Positions 37,355-49,879 of a stretch of 64,000 nucleotides of DNA are shown here, piece after piece. The notes under the pieces are model-generated. The model was not told the DNA's origin and did no database searches. It worked only from the letters and a program-made list of their open reading frames with translations. The DNA lies in the NCBI GenBank assembly GCA_964106915.2, contig OZ066919.1, one strand, 5' to 3'. The DNA is from Podarcis gaigeae (lineage: Eukaryota). The translations under genes and the position numbers were made by a program. How positions within the stretch are numbered: position 1 is the first letter of the stretch; every line of letters starts with the position of its first letter.

Positions 37355-38813
37355 CCGTATTTTTCGCTCTATAACACGCACCTGACCATAACACGCACGT
37401 AGTTTTTCGAGGAGGAAAACAAGGAAAAAATATTCTAAATGAAACAGTGGATGTATGATTTTTGTGGTTCATGCTGTGGCCACAGACATGTGATCTGACG
37501 GTGAGTTTGGGGTAGCCCAATGCAAAAATCCTGAAGATCCATGTGGATCCATGCTTTGTAACCACGTTTTTGCGCCATTGTGGCCCCATGAAACAGTGGG
37601 TGCGTGTGTGTTTTCTGGTGCAGGCTGTAGCCATGGACATGCTATGTGATCTGATGGTGAATTTGGGGTGACCCAGTGCAAAAATCCTGAGGATCCATGT
37701 GGATCCGTGCTTTGTAACCACATTTTAAGTGGAGAGGGAAGGAAAAGCACTCAAGGAACAAGGAGCACGCGTGGGGTGTGTGGAGAAGGAGCTTTTCGGG
37801 GAGCTGAGCAGGGAGGAAAAGAGCACTGTTGCTTTAAAGGTATACTTAAGGTATTTGCTCTGTGCCTGGGGTTTTTTTCCATTTAACAGTTTGCAGCCTG
37901 TTCCTTCTGCTCCTTGTTTTGAGGCAGAATAGATTTGAGCAAGTGAGGAGGACTTGGATTGCAGGAGATTCGCCATTAGCTGTGTAAAAGCGCTCCTCCT
38001 TGCAGCCTTCTACTTGGTTTGTACACTTGGCTACTGGTATCAGGTTCAGTTTGAGTGATAAGCAGCCACCAGCAGCAATAGAATGGAGCACAAAAAAGCG
38101 GTAGGGGCACTAGGACCCAGACAATGCTCAAATCTATCCTGCCTGAAAACAGCTGAGAAGCGGGGGATTTGCCAAGTTTCCCCCTCTCCCTCATCCCGTG
38201 CCCTCCCTGGCCTTTTTTTTTACTTCCTGGTTTTCACTGCACTTGTGGCTCAGAGCTCCAGGTTGGTTTTTTTTTTACTGCTGGTTGCTTAAATTTATCC
38301 TTGCTGATCCAAGCCCTCCTGTGCCCTGCTGTCCTTCTGCAGCCTGATTGCTCCGTTTAGAGAGCGTGCGGACCTTTGCTAGCTGAGGCTGCAGCGGCTG
38401 TTGCTGCCTACTTTAAAAGTGCCTGCTAGCTTTGAACCTCCTGTCTCCTCCCGGCTCGCTTTGGCTCCCGTCTGTCCCTCCTCCCGTGTAAGTGGCTGCT
38501 GCCCACTTTGCTGCCATGGCTCTCCTTCCCTCCCTCCTCCCCGGCTCCTCCGTAGGTCGCTTTAAAGCAAGCAAAGCGAGAGCCCCGTAGAGCGTGTAAG
38601 CGGCTCTCGCTTTGCTTACTTTCAGAGAGCCCCTCCTCCTGGCTGTAAAGCAAGCAAAGCTAGAGCCGTGCAAAGCCCTGCAAGCGCCTCCCGCTTTGCT
38701 TGACTGACGGCAGCCATGGCTCCGATCCAGTGCATTCGCTCCATAACACGCATAGGCATTTCCCCTTACTTTCTAGGAGCAAAAAAGTGCGTGTTATGGA
38801 GCGAAAATTACAG
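37355..38813. mobile_element. 1.46-kb non-autonomous pogo/Tc2-like DNA element
   Basis: TA|CCGTATTTTTCGCTCTATAACACGCAC ... GTGCGTGTTATGGAGCGAAAATTACAG|TA; internal ~90-bp direct repeat (~37470-37565 and ~37630-37720); no transposase ORF. Confidence 0.9.
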
Positions 38814-41270
38814 TACTTACATGAATGTTCATTTGCTTTCATGTTAAATCAGTTTTTAAAAGAATTATGATGGAAGATACAACTGTAAAAACTAAGGACA
38901 GCAAAGGAACAGTTTTTTAAAAGAGTATATCAAATTTTCAAAAACAATAAAAAACAAACAATTGTGTGGAGCATATTATTTCAGTGAGAATAAAATAAAG
39001 AAAAGGTTAAGTAAACTTTTGCAGACATTACAATAAAATAGATTCTTAAAATGAACATTTTGTAAGAGTTACATATCAATATATGTATTGCCTTGCCACA
39101 TAGAGAGATGTGTTGTCGGGGGCCTATGCAGCACATTATTTTTTTTACTACGAATTATATGAACAGAGATCATATGACATCAAAAAGACTTGCTTCTTAA
39201 CTCCTCTTAGAACCCTCCTATGGTGGATTAAATGCTCAGACAAGGCTGTGTCTCACACCCTTTCAAATAGGGGGCAATGCACCTGTTTTGCCACTTGAAG
39301 GGAAACAGAAAGTGCTGTCCTTCTGCACCACACCACCCTTGCCTAGGTTGGGCGGTGGCGGTGGCAAGTTCTGGTGAGATCTCACTGGAAATCAGTGCCA
39401 GTGCCATTTCTCCACCAGTGGTGGAGGTGCTATGGCAGGCAGCGTGCCTGTGGGGGCACCACCTTGGGGGCTTCCATTGCCCAAGATGGCTGCTTCACCC
39501 AACCTTATGTGTGGGCCAGCCTTGCTCTCAAACTATCTGTCTCTAGAAAGACCCATTGCAGACTTCCAAGGTTTGGCAATTTAGAGTCTGCAGCCAGCAA
39601 CAGAGCTAGCAGCTCCTTGGGAGCAAGAGTGGAAACAATGCATTACATAGTTTAGCCTTATAAACTACACCTTATTTTATTTTACAGATGTTATCCTCAC
39701 ACAAAGGAGATCCAATATTTCACTTAGACAGTGATTGACTAAGGAGTGAATAAAAAGAAATGTATCAATCTGAAATAATCTTTTAGACTGTTTCAAAGCT
39801 TTAGCCAGATCAATTTATATTGTCTTGATGTTTGTCTTCCTAAATTTGGTTTATTTGTATAGGCTACGAAATCGCACTAGGTAGGTTTTTTGATAAAAAA
39901 AATCCTTTCTGGATTTACCTCTCAGTACTCTTAGATAGTGAATTTTAAATCCCATAGATGCCACAAACCATAATTTTGAACACCATTTATCCAAAGTTAA
40001 ACCTTTGGCGGCAGTTTTCTTTTGTTTACTCTTCACTCAGTTGTTTGGCCTCAGGAATTTCAGAAGGAGCAAAACCATAACTTAAATTCTACGCAGACTG
40101 CATTAACACAAATAAATTTGTTGATGCATCAGCTGTCTCTATGATAGCTAACACATTATGCTCAGGGTGTCAAACTCTGACACCTTGGAGGATCAGCTAA
40201 GTTACATACACATATTATATCACCAGTTTATGATACCGTAGGGCTGTTAGGATCCCATGACCATTTAGGCAGTAAGCAGGGGAGGCCCTACTCCAAGTAC
40301 CCCTTCCTCCTGAAGTGAAGTAGGTTGTGACAGAGGAGCACACCCACTCCGGTATGTCCTCACCCAGGCCATGCACTCAGTGCAAAAGTATTATTTACCC
40401 AGGCCTTTTAATGTTGCATGTATTACGCGGTTGTATAGGCTCATATGCTTTAAGCACTTATTTTAGTTTTTCTCCTTTTGTTGTTGTTTTAGCCCCTCTC
40501 CCCCCCCCCCAAATATAATTGTGTTTTGTTTTGCACTGTTTTACATTGCAATCCTACATATGTCTATTCAGAAGTAAGCCCCACCAAGTCCTAGGTAAGT
40601 AAATGTAGCCTTCAAGTTAATTTTGTGAGCTACTAAGAAACAGGGCAGAAATAATTAATCTAAGTAAATAACAGAGAACTCTCTTAGGCCCTAGGCCAAA
40701 ATAAATCCAAACTCAACATGACTTAGATCCCAATTGAAGGTGTATACCATGACAGTATTGGTGGTGAAAACGGTTTACTTCCCAATCAACCTTGTATCTG
40801 TTCAATGCCATTCAAATGAGCTGTTAAAAGGGTTGTATGGCCACCCAGTTGGTGAACCCATGGAACCCTCAGTTGTAGCCCATTGTGACTTGGTCAAACT
40901 TGGATGCCGAGTCGGTGTCCGGAACTAAACTGAAAGTCTTCATGGGCTGTACTAGTCATGACTGGCTGTATAATCTACAGTTGATTTCGCCTGACAAAGT
41001 GCTTGGAAAAATTTGCCTCATGATGTGCTTCCTCAGCCTTTTCCCTTTTTGACTGCCAATAGCATACATACAACAAGACACTGACATCCCTGTTCATCAT
41101 CATCAATAAAATTTATATATGGTAGTGATTGTTACTTAAATTTGTGGAATCCACTCTCTAGGGAGGCTCGCCTGGCACTATCATTATATATCTTTAGGCA
41201 CCAGACAAAAACTTTACTCCATAGCCACGCCCTTGACCTTTAACTATATGTGACCTTTTAGCAGTGGCTA

Positions 41271-41620
41271 GGGGACGTGGGTGGTGCTGTGGGTTAAACC
41301 ACAGAGCCTAGGGCTTGCCAATCAGAAGGTTGGCGGTTAAAATCCCCGTGACGGGGTGAGCTTCCGTTGGTCCCAGCTCCTGCCAACCTAGCAGTTCGAA
41401 AGCACGTCAAGTGCAAGTACATAAATAGGTACCGCTCTGGCGGGAAGGTAAACGGCGTTTCCGTGCGCTGCTCTAGTTCGCTAGAAGCGGCTTAGTCATG
41501 CTGGCCACATGACCCGGAAGCTGTACACAGGCTCCCTCAGCCAATAAAGCAAGATGAGCGCCGCAACCCCAGAGTTTTCAGCGACCGGACCTAATGGTCA
41601 GGGGTCCCTTTACCTTTACC
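41271..41620 (+). mobile_element. Full-length Sauria SINE inserted in an L2 3' UTR remnant
   Basis: GGGGACGTGGGTGGTGCTGTGGGTTAAACC head, diagnostic body, (ACCTTT)n tail; approximate TSD cagtggctagg/cagtgggtagg; left flank (gaggctcgcctggcac...) matches the L2 3' region at ~1870. Confidence 0.92.
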
Positions 41621-42214
41621 AGTGGGTAGGATGTTTGTAATGTATTTCTTTTCCCCCTTGGTTTTAATGTGTCGGAGAGTCTTTTTTTGTCTGGTTGCTT
41701 GGTTATAAGTTGCTTTGTGTTGCCTACCCCATTGAAGGAGTGGGTAGCAAGATTTTTAATTATGAAACCGTCTTTGAATCCTACTGACATTGGCAATTAG
41801 CAGTTAACTACATGGAATTAGCAGCTAACTCACCTGGAATAGTTAGAATGGAGGCTGATAAGAACACCCATATTCTTCTAGAAGAGGTAACCTTACTGAG
41901 TATTTATCACTGTCTGTTTGGCGTTTCAACCCCGAAGTATATGGGATATACTTTAGGGAAGCTTTTAATGTTTGATGGACTATTGTATTTTAATATTTTG
42001 TTGGAAGCTGCCCAGAATGGCTGGGGAAACCCAGCCAGATGGGCGGGGTATAAATAAATAAATAAATAGGGGTTGGTGAGAGCACACTAGTTTCAGAAGG
42101 CTTTTCTTAAACTTCCCCATGTTGTGATTTATTCGTTTTATTTAACAAAAAATCTATAAAGCTTAATTGTAACAAAACCTATAAGTGGTTTACAAGCAGT
42201 GACTTTGCTGTTTT

Positions 42215-42345
42215 GGTTACAGATAGGTAGCCGTGTTGGTCTGCCATAGTCAAAACAAAAAAATTCCTTCCAGTAGCACCTTAAAGACCAACTAAGTTAG
42301 TTCTTGGTATGAGCTTTCGTGTGCATGCACACTTCTTCAGATACC
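42215..42345. mobile_element. Penelope-like element terminal fragment
   Basis: ggtagccgtgttggtctg...gtagcaccttaaagaccaact...gagctttcgtgtgcatgcacacttcttcagatac, recognised as a common squamate Penelope terminus. Confidence 0.65.
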
Positions 42346-42449
42346 TTATTTCAACCCTCCGTTATTGAGATGAGCAGAGAAGGTGGGAATTGGACTTGCA
42401 TCAGACACTTGGGTTTAGACGAGCTTTGGAAAGCAGCAGCCACGTTGAG

Positions 42450-42570
42450 GAGAGACAGTAGAGCACATGCTTTGCATGCAGAACGTGTCAGTTTCAGTCT
42501 CTGGCATCTCCAGTTAAAAAGGATCAGGAGTAGGTATTTGTAAAATTTCTTGCCTGGGACCCTGGAGAGA
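42450..42570 (+). mobile_element. Decayed tRNA-derived SINE (Squam3-like)
   Basis: gtagagcacatgctttgcatgcagaa...tctctggcatctccag head followed by gcctgggaccctggagag. Confidence 0.55.
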
Positions 42571-43400
42571 ATAAGACCAAATAATGCAGGACAAATGCTC
42601 TGGCATAAGTTTCCTAGGTTCTTTAAAGGGAAAAACTATCCTTCCGTTGTGGAGATTAGGCTGCTCATAAGAGAGAACTGGGAAGAAACGTAGGAGATGC
42701 TAGCTTTATTCTGACTTCCTGATCAATGCTCTCCATGCTATAGTTACTTCTGTTTTTAAGGCAGCATATGGATAAAGTTAATAAATAAATACTTTATTTG
42801 TTTACAAGGATCATAAAATTGAGAGTATTACTTTACTTCTCCCTCTCCCCCACTCATTTCCTTTCCTTGCATTTCTCTTTTAAAATTCCAACATTTCCTT
42901 TTTCTTTGTATCTTCTTTCCTTTCCTAGTCTCTTTTTGGCCCAGAGGCAGTTTTTTTATTTGGCAACATGCTATCATGTGGAAGGATGATAAGGTGTCTA
43001 ATTAATAGATTAATTAGTCGTACAATGTTCTTAATGGCCTATTACAGGAAAAATCATTCAGACATTTTCCCCTTGTTGTGTGATATAATTTATGGCTGGG
43101 TCATAACATGGTTTATCAGCTCTTCTGCATGCTAAAGGGATGTTGCCAATTTAGGGTGGTTGTTGTTTCTGTTAATCATATGAATAATTATTTCAGCAAG
43201 CAAATAACCTTTAGAATTTTTTTTTGCAATGGTAGGAACATAGCTGGGTGTGCTGGCTGGGGCTGATGGGAATTGTACTTTCTCATTATTGCATGAGACC
43301 CATAATGGGAGACCTATAATACAGAGGTATTTGCATGATGGGAGATGAACCCGATAATCTTTTGTACCTGAAGTTTTTGCAGTGGAGTGATGTTATATAG

Positions 43401-43577
43401 CAGGCATGTCCCAACAGGTCGATCATGGTATTAAGTTAGTGATTGCCTTAGTGTTCCTTTTGTCAAATCTCCCCTAAAAAAAAGCTCAACAACCCCTGGC
43501 AATGACAATGGGTAGATCACAGCCAGTCTTTTTATACTGTGAGTAGATCGCAGTCTCTTGGGAGTTGGACGTGCCTG
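43401..43577. mobile_element. hAT-type MITE
   Basis: TIR CAGGCATGTCCCAAC ... GTTGGACGTGCCTG. Confidence 0.6.
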
Positions 43578-46129
43578 CCCTACAGAGTCATGGAGAACTA
43601 CTGAAGTATATGAACTACACAATAAATTGCTTAATGTTGATATAACAGTGATATTATCACTGTTGGATATTGTTAATTGCCATGTTTTATATGCTTAGAT
43701 GTGCTAGTAATTGTCAAACTGCCTATATGTTATAATGTAACAATATTGTAATTGTTACGCATGGTGTCCATGGATATTGTGCTCATATTGTATTTATGGC
43801 TGCAATCCTAAAACTTGGGGTGGGAGGGGGAAACAGAGGCTATTAATTCGGCTTTTCCAATTACCTGTTGGGTGGAAGTGAGGACAGTAGAGTTCTGCAT
43901 ATTTTTCTCCACCCCATTTCCTTTCCATTATTCCCATTTCCTCCAATGGGAGCTAAATAAATGGCAAAAAACCAGTGCCATCTTTTCTTTCCAAAGTTTC
44001 AAGACAGCTCACAATTGAATAATATATCAAAACATAAAAATTAATTTTTAAAATTAATGAACAGAATGAGCTACTACTGGAGAATCTTAATTATTTCAAT
44101 CATGTTAATTGTATTTTTGTCAGCTTTATTATGGCTAATAGTTTTCTTACTAAAACTCAAAAGTGGTATGGTGGGACTTTATATCTAGATACATAACTAA
44201 TTAAAATTTAAGGTTGTCTTGAATGTTAGTTCTACTCAGAGAAGACACAATAAAAGTAATTAATATGACTAAAATAGATCTTTTAATTTTAACAGGTCTG
44301 CTTTGAGTAGAACCAACATTAGAGGCAACCCTTAGTAATTATTTTATTCATTGGATTGACAACCAGATTTTAATTATTAGGTTTTGTTGTATTTCATACC
44401 ACATTTATTTCTCATAGCCTGTCTATCTCCCCCTCCTTCATATTGTAATGACCTATGGTTATAAGCAACACATATGAACTAAACTGAATAAAGCAAACAA
44501 AAACCTGAATAAAAAAACTGCATACAATCAGACATGTATAAATCATAAAAATTGAACCAGTAAAAAAGAAAAAAATCACAGATATCTTAAAAAGAGCAAC
44601 TCAAATAGCATTAAAAGCCTGAGAACAAAATGGATTTTGTCTGGCACCGAGATATGACATAGGTGCTAAGCGCGCCTGCTTAGGACATAAACGCCATAAT
44701 TTGGGCACCATTAAAGTATCGTAATCTCTGGGCAGGTTTATACATACTGTACTTAGGAAAAAACACAGAAAAAATAGAAAAAAGAAATCACAGAAAAAAA
44801 CACTTGTGAAAAAAGACGCTGGGGGGATCATTCTGCTACCTTTTGTTGTTTTTTAATTGTGAAAGTTTATTTTATAATGAAGTTAAAAATACTAGGAACA
44901 AGGAACACCATTGCACACTACTTAAAATATCAGCAAAATGAATCCATCTGACAGCATCAGACACACACACACAACACACAAACACACACACACACATATA
45001 TATATCTGGCCTACATAATAAACATAACATGCTGATGCTTGTATTTGAGGATTTCTGCTCAAGCACAAAATGTTCCTTATGTAGAATTCTGAGAACAGCA
45101 TAATATTCACAGGGATTGAGAAAATTATATTTATGTATTTATTTATGTATGTATGTATGTATGTATGTATTTAATAGATTTGTATGCTTACTGAGGTTGA
45201 TGGGAGCTGTAGATCAGAAACATCTGGACACCCAAAGGTTCCCTACACCTGCTTTAATATGGTATCCTGTTACTAACACTCTGCTCTCAAAGTTAAAGGT
45301 CCCCAACTTCAAAATGCTGAAGGTAGAGTCTACCTCTCCACAGAGGAAAGATGGAGCTCCTATTTTGAGTGTGGTTGAGCTTAAAAATGAAATCCTATTC
45401 ATTTTTCTGGGAGTAGGCCCCACTGAATACAAACAGATTTACTGTGAAGTAAACCTGTCTCAAGGCTGCACCAATTTGAACCACCAAGTGGGACTGAATG
45501 CTATTTCATTTAAAAAATAATAATTCCTCATAAGACACAATGCTGGAGAGAAGTTTTATCCACCTGCTCTATAACTTGCTAGTTTTCTTTCTGCAGGAAT
45601 ATACCATTTTTAGTTTTATGGCTGGTGCAGAGTATTCCCACATTCAGTTATGACCCTCACCTACAGTGAGAACTAGGCATTACTGTGCAGCTGCAATCCT
45701 GACCCCACTTCCCTGACAGCAAGCCCCACTGAATTAAATAGGTTTACCACTGACATGGTTAGAATTGCAAAGAATTGTGCAGTGCAAAAGTTGCAGAGTC
45801 ATGATTCTGAAATGCATAATCTTTGGAACTGGGTGAGGAAAATCAGCTATTTCACTGGATTATTTTTTTCCATCTGCTCTTTAAATCTTTCTGACTCCAA
45901 CTGCTTTCATCTCCCCCACCCCTTTCATTTTTACTTTTGTATTGTGTATATTAAATTGTGTTTTTGTGGGCAGAGACTAATATTCAATATCTGAGAAGCA
46001 CTTGGAAAATTCTGCGTGGTATGTAACAATAATAATATAATACTATGTAATGCAATCTGATTATAACTTGATATAATTCTGATTCCTGTGCGACTATTAC
46101 AATATCTGAGTTTGTTTAGTTTCTAAGCC

Positions 46130-47470
46130 CATTTAGAACTGATCGCTTTCTCCGTTCAGCCAATAAGTATACGGAGGTGTACCGTGCTGAGCCAATAGCA
46201 GAGCTGGGTTGCTTTTGCAGCACTTTTTCATTCCTGAAACAAGCACACTCAGAATGGTGGGAGGCAGGAAGTTCTTGTGCTTAGCGGGGTCGGAGTGTAC
46301 TTGCCGAAGAGCGGTACATCTTCGCCTCCACGCATGGACATGCTTAAAAAAGACAAGACAGAAATGAATACAGCAAGTAGGCGGCATAGAAAAAGGAGAC
46401 CTTGATCGTCATCTGACGCAGTTTGCATTGCGGAACAGTGGAGGGAGCCAGCGAAGAAGCCAGGAGAGGCGCGTAAACAAAACATATGCCTGCGCCTCGT
46501 TTGGATGGAGTCGCCGGGTACGGTTTGTGCAAAATCTCATTACCGGAGGCTTGCGATGAACTGGCACGCAAAGAAGTAGATTTGATAATTACAAGGGGAA
46601 CCTGTAACTTAAAACTGCATGTAGGCGGAGGAAAGGAGAGGTCTACTGGAATGACGCTCCAGGAATATGCAGTATGTTGGAAGAGGCGACGTGGTTGACC
46701 TTGCGAAATATGCCCTGAACAGTTCAAGATGAAAAACAAATGAACGCCACGCAAGGAGGTAAGGTCGTCGATCCAGTGCGTTGTTAGGAGCCTTTTAAGA
46801 ACGTTAGAAGAACAGCTGCTGGTAGTTTTGACTCGCCCCGTGATGATTTTGAAGATCTTCGCCTTAATTTTGCTTGCAGCCTTCCTGGTTGACGAGGAAA
46901 ACCTTCCACGTGATGTGACTTGAAGGGTTTCAAGCTGCTGTTCCAGCACAAGGACATTCTGTGCGAAGGCCTTTTTAAAATTATTGTTTAGCCGCTTCCA
47001 GGTCTCGTTTTTGGAATATATCTGGCCTTTTTTGATGCGTGCAAAGTGGGGGGCGGGGGGAGGGTCTGTTTTGTTCTTTTGTTTTTCCGAAACTAGCGTG
47101 AGCGGCAAGTGACCCACTTAAGAAGGGCGGCCGCGTGGTGGAGCCGCTCTGAAAAGCAGGGAAGCGCTCCTGCTGCCGTCCTGTTGCGGGAGAAAGGGAA
47201 GAGCGCTCTGCAACTCGGAGGGAAACGTTCTGTTCCGTCCGCTGCCGCCGTTGCCGAGGCAATGACAGCGCCGACGGTGATGCAAATGGTGTAACCGGTT
47301 CAAGAGGCGCACAAGCGCCGCCCATCTCGCCAGGAACCTCCATGCTGGGCTCTCAGGCGCACTTTCGACGCTTGCCCAGCTGGGTTGCCGGATAAAAGTC
47401 GCACTTCTGTATTGCTGTGGGGGGAGAGAAGGGCGGGCAGGCTTGCTGCGGAACTGCGGCGGCTGCAGTT
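46130..47470 (+). promoter_or_regulatory. CpG-island promoter with no protein-coding gene attached (candidate miR-29b-2/29c host-gene promoter)
   Basis: About 1.3 kb of dense CpG in non-repetitive sequence; CCAAT boxes at 46160 and 46192, ETS CAGGAAGT 46265, inverted CRE half-sites CGTCATCTGACG 46407-46418, CACGTG 46907, GC box 47048-47060, ATGCAAAT 47280; splice donor GAG|GTAAGG at 46759. Identity is inferred from synteny only. Confidence 0.7.
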
Positions 47471-49627
47471 CCAAAGTTCTGTTTCTACAGCAATGGTCCC
47501 TTTCCTTAGTACCCTGAATTTCTGGGGGTGCTTTAAAAAGCATTTTGACAGCCATGCAGCGGAGGATCTTAAGAGTTGCATGGCCTGGGCATGTTTGGTA
47601 GGAGTAGTAAATTCAGTGGGGCATACTTGTAAGTCAGCGTCTAGGCAAAACATTTCCTGCCCTAAAGATTTTAGGATCAAATTTCCGGGGGACAGCAAAG
47701 AAACGTGCAATTGTTCTGCTTATTGATAACATGAGGCATAAGCAAGCTTTCCAGTAAAACAGAATTCTTTGGGAGGTGTAAGGAGTCTGTGGTGTGTTTG
47801 TTTTTCCATTCTTCTTTCTTTTTAGAGATTTAGAGGGTGCTTTTAACCAAGGCCACATTGCTTTGAGCTTTCTAGAGCTGCTTGTAGGCCAGCTGAAACT
47901 GGCATTGGCAAAAGCAAGCTGCTTTCAAAACGTTGCTTTTCCCCCTCGCTACAGAAATTGTGAGTTTGAGGGAAATTATTGAAGAAGATGAAAACTTGCA
48001 TTTATCTGAAGATGCACCCCCCCCCCCAGCGTCAGAAGAGCTGACATGTTGGCATTACCAGGGAATAAATACTAGCAGACCACTCAGAATCCACCCCCCA
48101 ACGCGTTCTTTAACTTGCACAAGATTAGGAAAATGCAGTGTAGCAGTATGGTATCACGTATATAGAAAATATAAATATTTGGTCCTGGTGGCTGCAGTTG
48201 ATTATAGCACAGAATCTAATACGGGAAGTTAGTTTGGTTACCGTGTCTTTCAGTTTATTTTGATGACTTTAGGGTGGGGGCATTTTCAACAGAAACCCAA
48301 AGTCATCTGGGTCACTTATATCTCCATAAATGCTGCTGACAATTGCCAGAGTCAGTCTTGCGGAATGGAGACAAATTCTAGAAGAAAGGTGATTTTAGTC
48401 AGCAGTATTAAGAGCAGAAGACCTTTAGTGCTACTAAGGAAACCATGTTGTTGCTTGTGATATGAGCTCTTACTGTATGAAGGCTTCATTTAATGACGAT
48501 TAAACTTGTTGATTAAAGCACCTTGTTTTTATAGACAACAGACTTCAGGTGCCTCTGAAAGCTTTATTCTCTTAATATTTTGTTTTTTTCTGTGGGGGAA
48601 CTGAATAGATGGTTCCGTCACTAAGCCATATTTTGAATTACTATTTGTATAAACAGGATCTATCTTGTATTCTAAATCTAGTTTCTGTCATTTTGACAGT
48701 GGTTTATTCCTATTTGCCGTTATGTCACATAGTTGAACTTCCTGATTAAAGGAAAGGGTACATTATATACAATTTCATTGTTATAATTTTTAGTAATTAA
48801 ACCTCATCAAACTAATAAAATAATAGAAGTCTTATAAAATATTTAATATTGCAGATATTTAGGATACAATCTACCCATATTTTATCACTGATAAAACTCA
48901 CTGATTTTGGGAGAGGCAGCATTAAGCCAGTTAGCAAGTTCCAAATTAAAAAAAATTAAGCCACATTATAAGAGTAATGAAACATTGCAAACAAAAAAAC
49001 CTAAAGGTAATAGTGACTTAGTTAAGGGACATGTTTTCATTCTATGAATGTTTCTGACTTGCTATTTTTGAGAGTGATTGTTTCCTATTGACATTACTTT
49101 TAATAAGAGAGTAGGCTAGTTGTCTGCAAGGAACCCTATTTTTAAAAACAGGACCTCTTTAATCGTTTATAAAGCTAGTAAACCTCTATATATCACTGTG
49201 TGTGCTAGATTTTCAGAATGATTTCCTAACAGTACTGTTGGTAGCATTGAAGAGCTATATTTCTGAAGTACTGTAGGTGGTTCTAAAAATCACCATATCA
49301 GTATTGTGCCAATGTACAGAACGATGCTGCTGCTGTCTAATAACAACAGCGAGCGTTCCTCAGGACCAGGAAAAATATACAAGGTAGCTACACCACCCTC
49401 ATTTCACAGAAATTGCTTAAAAGGTACCTGCAAATTTTGCCCTGTAATTTTCTTTCTAGGAGCGCTTGAGGCTTACTTTTTTAAAATGAAAGCTAAGGGT
49501 CTGAGGCACTTGCCTGGGGCACCACTGGAAGCCCTTGTGGGCACACTGGGTTGGTGACTGCTGCCTTATAAGAACCAGAAGCAAATGATAGTCAGTGCAG
49601 TTAGCGTTCACTTTTCTTTATACTGTA

Positions 49628-49879
49628 CAGTCGTACCTTAGTTGTCAAACTTAATCCATTCTGGGAGTCCGTTTGACTCCAGAAACGGTTTGAAAACCAA
49701 GGCGCAGCTTCTAATTGGCTGCAGGAACTTCCTGCACTCAATCGGAAGCCGCGGAAACTGTGTCGGGCGTTCGGCTTTTGAAAAACGTATGCAAATCGAA
49801 ACATACAATTCCGGGTTTACAGTGTTCGGGAGTCAAATTGTCCTGAGTACCAAGGCATTTGAGAACCAAGGTATGACTG
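49628..49879. mobile_element. Tigger/pogo-like MITE
   Basis: TA|CAGTCGTACCTT ... AAGGTATGACTG|TA. Confidence 0.88.

Noticed and set aside
37470-37720. CRISPR-like or satellite array
   Set aside because: Only two direct repeat units, inside a DNA transposon of a vertebrate genome.
46130-47470. Endogenous viral element or horizontally transferred gene
   Set aside because: CpG-richness is explained by promoter motifs; no viral or bacterial protein motifs, TIRs, LTRs or TSDs were recognised. A BLASTX search would settle it.
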